55,420 nt of DNA from Planctomycetota bacterium (GTDB taxonomy: Bacteria > Planctomycetota > UBA1135 > UBA2386): assembly GCA_016794485.1 (NCBI GenBank), contig JAEUHV010000096.1, positions 1-55,420 of the forward strand. The letters are read 5' to 3'. Made by a program: the position numbers and the translations under genes. The notes beneath the pieces were generated by a model, which was given only the letters and a program-made list of their open reading frames with translations, had not been told where the DNA came from and ran no database searches. This document shows positions 9,122 through 17,633 of this stretch, piece by piece. How positions within the stretch are numbered: position 1 is the first letter of the stretch; every line of letters starts with the position of its first letter.

Positions 9122-10984
9122 ATGAAGTCGCTCCGATTTGCACCGGTGGCCGTGTTCGCCTTGTTGGCGCCGGTCGCAGCCCAGGGTTCGATCCTGCCCT
9201 ACCTGCCCAAGGACACGATGCTGGCGTTCGCCGCCCCGGACCTGCCGATGTCCATTGGCGACTTCGCCAAGATGCCCCTGGCGAAGATGTGGGCCGAGGA
9301 GGAAGTGCAGAACTTCCTGGCCGACGTCAAGGAGATGGCGGCCAAGCAGTACGCGGAGGGGCTGGCCCAGGCGAAGCAGATGCACAAGCAAGGGGCTCTG
9401 CCGGTCGATCCGGACGACCTGCTGAAGCTGCGGTTGAACGGCGGGGCTTTCGCGATGACGCGCCTCGAGTTCAAGATGGGGGACTTCGGCCCCTCGCCGA
9501 AGATCGGCATCGTCGCGCACCTCGACTTCGGTGAGTCGGCGCCGGTGTGGAACAAGTTGATCATGACCGGCCTCGGCATGCTCGAAGAGCGGGCCAAGGA
9601 CAAGATCGTGCGGTCGGAGTCGTCGATCGGCGACGTCAAGGTGATGTCGTTCATGCCGCCCGCCGAGTCGGGCGTGCAGATGGGGCTCAACCTCGCGATG
9701 GTCGGCAACGGCCTCGTGCTCTGCACCCTCGCCGACGACATGAAGGAGATCGTCGCGGCGATGAACGCGAAGACGCCGATGCTCGGCGCGACCAACCTGT
9801 ACCTCGCGACCGCCAAGCACGTGACCACGGCCGGCGCGGAGTGCGAGATGTTCCTGCGGCCGGAGCCGATGATCGACTTCGCGCTGTCGATCGTCCGCAT
9901 GGGCATCGAGCAGGGTGAGATGGACGGCGTCGACATGGAAGGCGTCGTCCGCGCCGTCGATGCGATGGGCCTCCGCAACCTCGGCGCCATGTCGATGGCG
10001 AGCAGCTACGTCGACGGCAAGTGCGTTTCGCGCACCTACAGCAGCACGGGCAAGCCGGACCCGACCGTCAGCGTCAAGACGATCGACACTTCGTTCCTGA
10101 AGTGGGTGCCCAAGGACGCCGTCAGTTTCGGCGCGGGTTCGATGAACCTGATCTCGTTCTACGACACGCTGGTGAAGGGGCTGCAGGCCTACAATCCCGA
10201 GTTCGCCAAGCAGACGCTCGGCCAGCTGAGCAAGCTCGAGGAGCAACTCGGCTTCAAGGTGCGCGACGACTTCTTCGGCTCGCTGGGCGACCACTACATC
10301 CAATGGTCGATGCCGATGGGCAGCATCACCTCGCCGCCCGAAGCCGCGTTCCTGATGAAGGTGAACAACGAGGACAAGCTCGTCATGGTCCTCAAGAACC
10401 TCGCCAAGCTGACCAACGGCATGGTGGAGATCGAGGAAGGCGAAAAGCGCGGCGTGAAGGCCTACCAGGTTCGCGTCAACTACGACCCCGGCCAGGGCAT
10501 GGGCATGAACCCGTTCGACATGATCCAGCCCACGTTCGCGTTCAAGGGCGGCTACATGGTCGTCGGCTTCACCGCGAGCGACGTGAAGCGCGTGTTCCAG
10601 CGCATGGATCGCGAGGACGACCCGAAGGGTGACATCCGCAGCAACAAGGAGTTCGCCGCGGTCGCCGGGTCGATCCCGGCTGGCGTCGACAGCCTGTCGT
10701 TCACCGATTGGAAGTCGAACTTCGAGAGCCTCTACCAGATCGGTACCGGCCTGCTCGCGTTCGTCCCGATGGGCGAGGACATCCCGATCGACATGTCGCT
10801 GCTGCCGGACTCCGGCACGCTGAGCAAGCACCTCTATGCATCGGTCGGCTACACCAAGACCGATGCCCTGGGCTCGGAGTCGGTGACGGTGAGTCCGTTC
10901 GGCCCCGAAGTAGGCATGCTGTTCGGCGCGGCCCTGGTCGCCGGCTTCAGCGCGTTCGGCGTGATGCGCACGCGCGGCTTCTGA
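9122..10984 (+). CDS. Secreted hypothetical protein with a C-terminal hydrophobic tail
   Basis: I trimmed the track ORF 8945..10984 to the ATG at 9122 (MKSLRFAPVAVFALLAPVAA|Q). The protein ends GPEVGMLFGAALVAGFSAFGVMRTRGF. Confidence 0.7.
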   Translation: MKSLRFAPVAVFALLAPVAAQGSILPYLPKDTMLAFAAPDLPMSIGDFAKMPLAKMWAEEEVQNFLADVKEMAAKQYAEGLAQAKQMHKQGALPVDPDDLLKLRLNGGAFAMTRLEFKMGDFGPSPKIGIVAHLDFGESAPVWNKLIMTGLGMLEERAKDKIVRSESSIGDVKVMSFMPPAESGVQMGLNLAMVGNGLVLCTLADDMKEIVAAMNAKTPMLGATNLYLATAKHVTTAGAECEMFLRPEPMIDFALSIVRMGIEQGEMDGVDMEGVVRAVDAMGLRNLGAMSMASSYVDGKCVSRTYSSTGKPDPTVSVKTIDTSFLKWVPKDAVSFGAGSMNLISFYDTLVKGLQAYNPEFAKQTLGQLSKLEEQLGFKVRDDFFGSLGDHYIQWSMPMGSITSPPEAAFLMKVNNEDKLVMVLKNLAKLTNGMVEIEEGEKRGVKAYQVRVNYDPGQGMGMNPFDMIQPTFAFKGGYMVVGFTASDVKRVFQRMDREDDPKGDIRSNKEFAAVAGSIPAGVDSLSFTDWKSNFESLYQIGTGLLAFVPMGEDIPIDMSLLPDSGTLSKHLYASVGYTKTDALGSESVTVSPFGPEVGMLFGAALVAGFSAFGVMRTRGF

Positions 10985-11036
10985 TCGACGCCGCCGCGCT
11001 TTCCTGCGCGGCCATGGGCGAGTAGGAAGCGAGGCC

Positions 11037-12821
11037 ATGCACCAGGCTTCGCTCCTCGCCCCGGTAGTCCTGCTCGCGACCCTCGCTGCGCAATCGCCGG
11101 AGCCCCTGCGCTGGCTCGACCTCGACGGCGACACCGCGCGCCAGGTCACGGTTCGACGCGAGGCGGGAAAGTACCTCGGCCATCCGACCACGGTGCTGCT
11201 GCCCGACGGCAAGACGATCCTCTGTGTGCATCCGGAAGGACACGGCAAGGGGCCTATCGTGCTGCAGCGAAGCAGCGATGGCGGGCGGACGTGGAGCGGG
11301 CCGCTGCCGGTGCCGGAGAACTGGGCGACCAGCCTCGAGACACCCACGATCCACAGGATCGTCGATCGCGCCGCGAAGGCACGTCTCGTGTTGTTCTCCG
11401 GGCTGCATCCGATCCGCAGCAGCATCTCCACCGACGAAGGTGCCACGTGGACGCCGCTGGCGCCGATCGGCGACTTCGGCGGCATCGTCGCCATGGCGAG
11501 CGTGGTAGCCCTCGCGAACGGCACGCACGCCGCGTTCTTCCACGACGACGGACGCATGTTCCGCCCAGGCGGCAAGAGGTCGCAATTCACGGTGTACCAG
11601 ACGATCTCGGCCGACGGTGGATTGACGTGGCAGAGCCCGACCGTGGTGTGGACCGGCACGGACCTCGACCTGTGTGAGCCGGGAGTCGTGCGTTCTCCCG
11701 ACGGCAAGCGCCTGGCCATGTTGCTGCGCGAAAACAGCAGGAAGAGGGGCGCGCATCTGTGCATCTCCACCGACGAGGCCGTGACCTGGTCGACGCCGCG
11801 CGAACTGCCGCCGGTCCTCTGCGGCGATCGCCACGTGGGCGGCTACGGCCCGGACGGGCGCCTGTTGTTGTCGTTCCGAGACATGAGCCCGACGAGCCCC
11901 ACGCGTGGCGACTGGGTTGCGTGGGTCGGCACGTTCGACGACCTCGACGCAGGCCGCGACGGCCAATACCGCGTGCGCCTCGCCCGCAACTGGCGCGGCA
12001 CCGACTGTGCCTACCCTGGCGTCGAAGTTCTGCCCGACGGCACGTTCGTGGCGACCACCTACGGCCACTGGGAACCGGGCCAGTCACCGTTCGTGCGCAG
12101 CGTTCTCCTCCGACTCGACGAACTGGATGCGCTGGCGCAGCGGCCGGCGCCGACGTTCGACCGCCCGTCCGAGGCGGTGGTGCCCGTCGCACGCGCCGGA
12201 AAATGGGCGCAGCGCCACGAGGCGGACATCGCCAAGGCGAAGAAGGGCAACCACCGCATCGTGTTCCTCGGCGATTCCATCACCGAAGGCTGGAACGGCG
12301 CCGGCAAGGAAGTCTGGGAGGACACGTGGGCCCCGCGCCAGGTCCTGAACGCGGGCGTGGGTGGGGACCGGACCCAGCACGTTCTGTGGCGGTTGGACAA
12401 CGGACTGCTCGAAGCACTCGCGGGCAACGGCAACGACGTCCGAGCCGTCGTGGTCATGATCGGCACCAACAACAGCAACGGCGCCGACCACCCGGCGTCC
12501 GAGATCGCCGATGGAATCGTCGCCGTCGTGCAGCGGCTGCGGCGGGGCCTGCCGACAACGAAGGTGCTCCTGCTGGCGGTCTTCCCACGCGGCGAGCGAC
12601 CGAACGCCCAACGCGACAAGTGCGCCACCGCCAGCCGTTTGGCGTTCGCGACCCTCGCTGGCGATGCGATGGTCCAATGCCGCGACCTCGGACCGACGTT
12701 CCTCGGAACGGACGGCACCATCGCCAAGGACATGATGCCGGACCAGTTGCACCTGAGCCCGGTTGCGTACCGTCGCTGGGCCGATGCCATGCTGGCCGAC
12801 CTCGATGCCATGGCGAAGTGA
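11037..12821 (+). CDS. BNR/Asp-box sialidase-like beta-propeller fused to an SGNH/GDSL esterase domain
   Basis: The signal peptide is LATLAA|Q. Four Asp-boxes are present: SSDGGRTWS, STDEGATWT, SADGGLTWQ and STDEAVTWS. The C-terminal SGNH blocks are FLGDSITEGW, GVGGDRT, MIGTNN and DQLHLS. Confidence 0.85.
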   Translation: MHQASLLAPVVLLATLAAQSPEPLRWLDLDGDTARQVTVRREAGKYLGHPTTVLLPDGKTILCVHPEGHGKGPIVLQRSSDGGRTWSGPLPVPENWATSLETPTIHRIVDRAAKARLVLFSGLHPIRSSISTDEGATWTPLAPIGDFGGIVAMASVVALANGTHAAFFHDDGRMFRPGGKRSQFTVYQTISADGGLTWQSPTVVWTGTDLDLCEPGVVRSPDGKRLAMLLRENSRKRGAHLCISTDEAVTWSTPRELPPVLCGDRHVGGYGPDGRLLLSFRDMSPTSPTRGDWVAWVGTFDDLDAGRDGQYRVRLARNWRGTDCAYPGVEVLPDGTFVATTYGHWEPGQSPFVRSVLLRLDELDALAQRPAPTFDRPSEAVVPVARAGKWAQRHEADIAKAKKGNHRIVFLGDSITEGWNGAGKEVWEDTWAPRQVLNAGVGGDRTQHVLWRLDNGLLEALAGNGNDVRAVVVMIGTNNSNGADHPASEIADGIVAVVQRLRRGLPTTKVLLLAVFPRGERPNAQRDKCATASRLAFATLAGDAMVQCRDLGPTFLGTDGTIAKDMMPDQLHLSPVAYRRWADAMLADLDAMAK

Positions 12822-12904
12822 CAAGCACGCCACGTTCCCCGGGGTTGTTCCGCCCGCAGCGAAGGGCGACGATCCGGCCCGCACTCGTGCGTAGCAGACA
12901 CACC

Positions 12905-13552
12905 ATGAACACGATCCCTACCGCCGTCGCCGCCATGGCTTTCTTGTCCTGCGCGCTGGCGCAGGATCCGCCCCCGAAGCCGCCCACGCCGCAAGAGGCG
13001 AAACCGCTGGCTCTCGGCGATGCGCTGCCGAAGGGCCTGTCGTTTCGCACGATCGACGGCAAGGTGCAGTCTCTCGACGACCTGCGCGGCAAGGTCGTGG
13101 TGCTGCACTTCTGGTCGACGAGCTGCCCGTACGAAGTCGCCGCCGAGCCCAAGCTGAACACGCTCAGTGCGCACTTCGCCGACAAGGGCGTGGTCGTGCT
13201 CGGCGTCGCCGCCAACGCCAACGAGATCGGGGCACCGCCCGAGGCGAAGGAGTTCGAGACCAAGGACGCCGACAAGCTGCCCTACGGCAAGCTGCGGGCC
13301 AAGGCCGCGGAGAGCAAGGTCAACCACGCGATCGTGGTCGACCAAGACGCCAAGCTCGGCACCTTGCTCGCAGCCAAGACGACACCGCACTGCTTCGTCT
13401 TCGACAAGGAAGGCAAGCTGCAGTACCAGGGTGCGCTCGACGACGACGGCTCGGGCAAGAACGCGAACCCGACGCGCTACGTACACGACGCAGTGACGTC
13501 CCTGCTGGCGGGGGAGAAGCCCGGAGTGCAGACGACCAAGCCCTACGGTTGA
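12905..13552 (+). CDS. TlpA/ResA-like periplasmic thioredoxin-fold protein with an atypical active site
   Basis: The signal peptide is FLSCALA|Q. VVVLHFWSTSCPYEVAAEP aligns with the TlpA motif FWATWCxPCxxExP, but the second Cys is replaced by Glu. Confidence 0.8.
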   Translation: MNTIPTAVAAMAFLSCALAQDPPPKPPTPQEAKPLALGDALPKGLSFRTIDGKVQSLDDLRGKVVVLHFWSTSCPYEVAAEPKLNTLSAHFADKGVVVLGVAANANEIGAPPEAKEFETKDADKLPYGKLRAKAAESKVNHAIVVDQDAKLGTLLAAKTTPHCFVFDKEGKLQYQGALDDDGSGKNANPTRYVHDAVTSLLAGEKPGVQTTKPYG

Positions 13553-13597
13553 CGCACGAAGTTCGCGCCCGGTCAGGGCGCCCGCAGGAAGTGATGC

Positions 13598-13628
13598 GAA
13601 CGAGCGGCTGCGGTCGCTCGTTCTGTTT
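13598..13628 (+). terminator. Rho-independent terminator candidate
   Basis: The hairpin GAACGAGCG-(8 nt)-CGCTCGTTC is followed by TGTTT, 46 nt after the stop of the thioredoxin-like gene. A second short hairpin, GCGCCC-GGTCA-GGGCGC, lies at 13565..13581. Confidence 0.6.
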
Positions 13629-13774
13629 CATGGCCGCCCAGTCGCGATTTCTCGGCGGATTCCGTGTGGTTTTCGCGCGGTCCATTCCGCTGCAACTCTC
13701 GTGGGCACGTCGTTGACTGCCCAATGCCACCGCCGATACTGCCGCTCCCCTCGCTTTCCCTCGTTGGAGAACCC

Positions 13775-14590
13775 ATGACGATCCTCCGCGGAGTCTCCGT
13801 GTGCATGCTGGCATTGTTTGCCGGCTGCGACAGCAAGGTCACCTCGACCCTCGACCAGGACACCCTGACCCGAGTCGAGACCCTGACCGACTGCTTCCCG
13901 AACCTCTACCGCTTCGCCGATTCGCTGCTCGAAATCGGCCAGACCTGGCGCCTGGGCAGCAGCACCGCGATCCCCGACCCGACTGGACTCACCTTCACGA
14001 TCAACGGCGGCACCAGTGTCGACGTGACCTACGTGAAGGACGGCGTCACGATCGCAATGACGATCCAGTTCTACAGCCCGACCGGAGCACAGCAGACGCT
14101 GAGCCTGGCCGGTGCGACGCTGAACGCCGTCATCCAGGACGCCGCCGACGAACTGCGCGACAACTTCCCGGGCGCCGACCCGTTCATGGTCGGCGACTAC
14201 ACGATCAGCGGCGGCGGCATCACCGCGAGCGACTCGCTGACGGGCATCATCGGTGGCTCGACCAACCAGAACGAACTCGAAGAACTGCGCACGACACTGG
14301 CGAGCACCTCGATCAGCGGCGGGCCGCCCACCGTGGATTCGGCGAGCATCACCGACAGTGGACCGCCGTCCTGCGTGCTGACGTTCACCATTCCGAGCCT
14401 GTTGACCGACGAAACGCCGACGCAGGAATACCCGATCGGCACCGTCACGATCAGCGTCACCGGACCGGATGCCACCGTGACCGGCACGATCACATTCGAT
14501 GGCAGCGCCACGGCGGTCATCGACATCGACGACGTGAACGGCACGTTCAACTTCAACGTCGACACCCGCACCGTCACCTTCGTCCCGTGA
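13775..14590 (+). CDS. Hypothetical lipoprotein
   Basis: I trimmed the ORF to the ATG at 13775. The signal reads MTILRGVSVCMLALFAGC|DSK, with lipobox LFAGC. The mature part is T/S/G-rich. Confidence 0.65.
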   Translation: MTILRGVSVCMLALFAGCDSKVTSTLDQDTLTRVETLTDCFPNLYRFADSLLEIGQTWRLGSSTAIPDPTGLTFTINGGTSVDVTYVKDGVTIAMTIQFYSPTGAQQTLSLAGATLNAVIQDAADELRDNFPGADPFMVGDYTISGGGITASDSLTGIIGGSTNQNELEELRTTLASTSISGGPPTVDSASITDSGPPSCVLTFTIPSLLTDETPTQEYPIGTVTISVTGPDATVTGTITFDGSATAVIDIDDVNGTFNFNVDTRTVTFVP

Positions 14591-14595
14591 ACCCC

Positions 14596-15357
14596 ATGCG
14601 CACTTCCTTCCTCGTCGCGGCAGCCCTCTTGTCGACGCTGCCCGCATGCTTCCAGTTCGAGGTCACTGCCCAGGCCGCATACGCCCAGATGGCCGTCAGT
14701 GGCGACATCGGCTACACGTCGGGCAGCGGTGCTGCAGTCGCCCAGGACGTCGAGAGTGCCCTGGGCCTCGGTGACGACCAGGGCGTGCCGTACGGCCGCA
14801 TCGCACTCGACACGGGTGTGCCCGTCATCGCCGTTTCCGGCTTCGCGATGGAGGACTCCGGCACCGGCGTCCTGTCCGCGAACTTCGGTGACGTCGGCGG
14901 CATCCTCGCCAACACGCCGGTGCGCAGCGATCTCGAGCTCGCCAACGCGAAGATCAGCTACGCGTTCGACATCTCGCTCGGGCCGGTGAGCCTGCAACCG
15001 GGCATCGCCGCGAACTACTTCGACATGACGGTCGAAGTCGCCGACCTGATCGGCATCGCGACCGAGACCGTCGAACTGAAGGCGCCGCTGCCACTCGGCT
15101 TCGTGCGCGCGGAGATCGATCTCGGCATCGTCAGCGCCGTCGGCGAAGTCGGCTACATGTCGATCGACGTCGAGGACGTCGAGACGTCGTTCCTCGATCT
15201 CGAGGCTCTGCTGATGGTGCATCCGACGCCTCTGCTGAACGTGTTCGTCGGTTACCGCAGCATGGAGCTCGAGGGCGAAGGCGACATCGACGGCGACTCG
15301 TTCGACACCGATCTGAAGATCAGCGGCTTCATGGTCGGCGGCGGTCTCCGCTTCTGA
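14596..15357 (+). CDS. Outer-membrane beta-barrel protein (possibly lipidated)
   Basis: The gene lies in-frame within track ORF 13801..15357, with its ATG at 14596, 5 nt after the upstream stop. The signal LLSTLPAC is present. The protein has alternating amphipathic beta-strand patterns and the terminal sequence GFMVGGGLRF. An aromatic C-terminal residue is typical of outer-membrane barrels. Confidence 0.65.
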   Translation: MRTSFLVAAALLSTLPACFQFEVTAQAAYAQMAVSGDIGYTSGSGAAVAQDVESALGLGDDQGVPYGRIALDTGVPVIAVSGFAMEDSGTGVLSANFGDVGGILANTPVRSDLELANAKISYAFDISLGPVSLQPGIAANYFDMTVEVADLIGIATETVELKAPLPLGFVRAEIDLGIVSAVGEVGYMSIDVEDVETSFLDLEALLMVHPTPLLNVFVGYRSMELEGEGDIDGDSFDTDLKISGFMVGGGLRF

Positions 15358-15707
15358 AGCACGGTTCGCCTGCGCGGCGAACCATGCTCGGGCGTCGTTG
15401 CACCGCGACGCTGGTCGTACGGCAAAAATTGCGTCGGACCGAACGCGGCCAGGAAATGTGCCGCGCGCCAGGCAGGAAGCCGTCCTCCGTCGAGACGAGC
15501 GTTGGCCTCGCTTGGTGATTCGCGCCATGCGAACCTCGCTCCATTGATGCCGGCATTTCGCGAACCACTGCGGACCAGCGCATCGCGAAGCCATCAACGT
15601 GGTGCAAGAGCCCACCTGGACGATCCACGGATTCCTGGCTAGGTTTGCCCAGGTCCCAAGCCATGCAGCAAGGTGCCATGGCTTTTTCCCCAAGGTTGGA
15701 AGTCCCT

Positions 15708-17426
15708 ATGAAGCTCCTCTCGTCACTCGCCCCTGCGATGTTGTGCGCCGTTGCGGTCGCGCAGTCGCCGTTCGTCTACAACCCGGTTGCACCCGTCGGC
15801 TACTACGGCTGGAACTCGCCGCCTCCGATCACGACCGTGATGATGAACCTCACGGTCACGAACCAGGTGACCCTGCAAGCGATCGCGACGCCGCTGCTGT
15901 CGCCGGTCGGCCAGCAAGGCACGCTCGAGATCTACCTGACGAATCCGGGCATCACGACGTACGTCGGCAACGAGTTGATCGCGGCGAACTGGTCGCCGGC
16001 GGCCTCGGGCCAGATCATCGGCAAGGGCACCACCGGCACGCTGGCCGGTCTGGAAGCGACCTCGTGCCAGGCAGTCCTCGGTTCGGGCCTCACCTTGAAC
16101 CCCGGCTCGTACGGCATCGCGTTCCGCTACGTCGGTGTCACCCCGCTGCTGGCCGCCGTCGGTGTGCAGCAGACCATCGCGAACGCGGACCTGTCGATGG
16201 TCGGCGGCGCGCTGCAATACACCCCGTGGGGCGCGCTGAGCGGCGCTCCGACCGCGGCCGGCTACAACTCGTGGGCCTGGCGCGGCCAGTTCATCTACCA
16301 GCCCGGCGTGTTCCCGCACGCGTGCGCCGAGTCGTCGCTCTACGGCGCCGGCTGCTACAAGGTGTCCGGCTCCTGCTACCAGGAGTGGACCGACAGCACC
16401 CCGGGTGGCGCGGCTCCCGCGGCGGCCACGGCGCTGAACACGCGCCAGCTGACCTGGGTCTACACCGGTGCTGGCTACACCATGATTCCCGGCACGGGCG
16501 CCTACCTCGCCCCGAGCGGCACGGCCGTGTCGCTGCCGGCCACCGACGATGGTGAAGCCGCCATCACGCTGACCACGCCGTTCCCGCACCTCACCGGCGC
16601 CGCGGCGCAGCTGTTCGTGCACTCGAACGGCTATGTGTCGCTCGGCACCAACAACACGCTCAACAACGGCAACCTGAACTACGTTCCGGAGCCGAACGGC
16701 CTGCTGACCGCGACCAACACGGCGTGGTGGTGCTGGCACGACTACAACCCGACCGAGGCCGGCAGCGGCCTGATCGTCTGGGAAGAGATCGGCGGCATCG
16801 TCTACATCACGTGGAACGGCGTCGAGAGCTACCCGACGACCGCCGTCAACCCGAGCACGATGCAGTTCCAGTTCGACACGTCGACCGGCAACGTCACCTG
16901 CATCTACCAGTCGATGACCAACATCGGCGGCTCCGGCTTCCTGCAGGGCGACGACACCATCGTCGGCTACTCGCCGGGTGGCGATTCGCCGGACGCCGGC
17001 CCGTTCGACATCACCACGCTGACGTCGATCAACCTGCCGGCCGCGGAAGCGTTCCCGCTGCAGCTCAACATGACGGCGCGCCCGATCATCGGCACGACCG
17101 TGAACCTCGACACGACGCGTGAGACCGGCCTGAGCCTCGGCGTCAACTTCGTCAGCGTCGTGCAGATCCCGGCCCCGGGCTTCGACCTGGGCATCCTGGG
17201 CATGCCCGGCTGCGCGGCCCTCGTCGACATCAACGCCGGTGTCGGCAACGTCATCTCGAACCTGGGTCTCCCGGGCCTGAGCATGTCGGTCGCGTTCCCG
17301 CTGCCGAACAACCCGGCCTTCGCCGGCCTGACGATCCACAGCCAGTCGGTGTGGCTCGACCCGGCCGCCAACGCGTTCGGCGCGCTGGTCTCGAACGGCC
17401 TGACGATGGTCCTCGGCAACTTCTGA
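15708..17426 (+). CDS. Secreted protein with a NIDO-like central domain and the shared C-terminal module
   Basis: The ATG is at 15708 (MKLLSSLAPAMLCAVAVA|Q). The central region reads FVHSNGYVSLG...WWCWHDYNP...GLIVWEEIGGIVYITWNGVESY...STMQFQFDTSTGNVTCIY and resembles the nidogen (NIDO) pattern. The C-terminal roughly 125 aa are shared with four other proteins in the window. Confidence 0.7.
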   Translation: MKLLSSLAPAMLCAVAVAQSPFVYNPVAPVGYYGWNSPPPITTVMMNLTVTNQVTLQAIATPLLSPVGQQGTLEIYLTNPGITTYVGNELIAANWSPAASGQIIGKGTTGTLAGLEATSCQAVLGSGLTLNPGSYGIAFRYVGVTPLLAAVGVQQTIANADLSMVGGALQYTPWGALSGAPTAAGYNSWAWRGQFIYQPGVFPHACAESSLYGAGCYKVSGSCYQEWTDSTPGGAAPAAATALNTRQLTWVYTGAGYTMIPGTGAYLAPSGTAVSLPATDDGEAAITLTTPFPHLTGAAAQLFVHSNGYVSLGTNNTLNNGNLNYVPEPNGLLTATNTAWWCWHDYNPTEAGSGLIVWEEIGGIVYITWNGVESYPTTAVNPSTMQFQFDTSTGNVTCIYQSMTNIGGSGFLQGDDTIVGYSPGGDSPDAGPFDITTLTSINLPAAEAFPLQLNMTARPIIGTTVNLDTTRETGLSLGVNFVSVVQIPAPGFDLGILGMPGCAALVDINAGVGNVISNLGLPGLSMSVAFPLPNNPAFAGLTIHSQSVWLDPAANAFGALVSNGLTMVLGNF

Positions 17427-17456
17427 TCGAGGTCCTCGCTCCCCCGAGCGAACGTG

Positions 17457-17500
17457 CCGGCCGCTCCCGCCGCGAGGTGGGGGCGGCCGGTGTCGTTTCT
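17457..17500 (+). terminator. Rho-independent terminator candidate
   Basis: A 12-bp GC-rich stem, CCGGCCGCTCCC-(10 nt)-GGGGGCGGCCGG (one G-U pair), is followed by TGTCGTTTCT. It begins 31 nt after the stop at 17426. Confidence 0.65.
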
Positions 17501-17633
17501 GCTCATGCCGCAGCGGCCTTTGACCGTTCCTTGACAGGTCGGCCACGGCATCGCCTAGCTTCGCTGCATCGTCCCGCGCCACGGAGTACCGACCCGCCGC
17601 TCTCCAGCGATCCTCCTGGTCGCGGGTGGTGGC

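Noticed and set aside
8579-11770. 1063-aa minus-strand ORF, the longest ORF in the track
   Set aside because: Its composition is dominated by R/A/G/H/V and it has no recognisable motifs. It lies antisense to three well-supported plus-strand genes (7565..8926, 9122..10984, 11037..12821). This is the typical stop-codon-poor antisense frame of very GC-rich DNA.
16795-16812. Second parS-like sequence (CATCACGTGGAACG) inside the NIDO-like gene
   Set aside because: Only the right half-site matches, and there are four mismatches to the 16-mer. It is probably coincidental.
17531-17561. Sigma-70-like promoter TTGACA ... TAGCTT upstream of the histidine kinase
   Set aside because: The spacer is 19 nt and the -10 element is weak. 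The promoter consensus for this lineage is unknown, so I did not call it as a feature.
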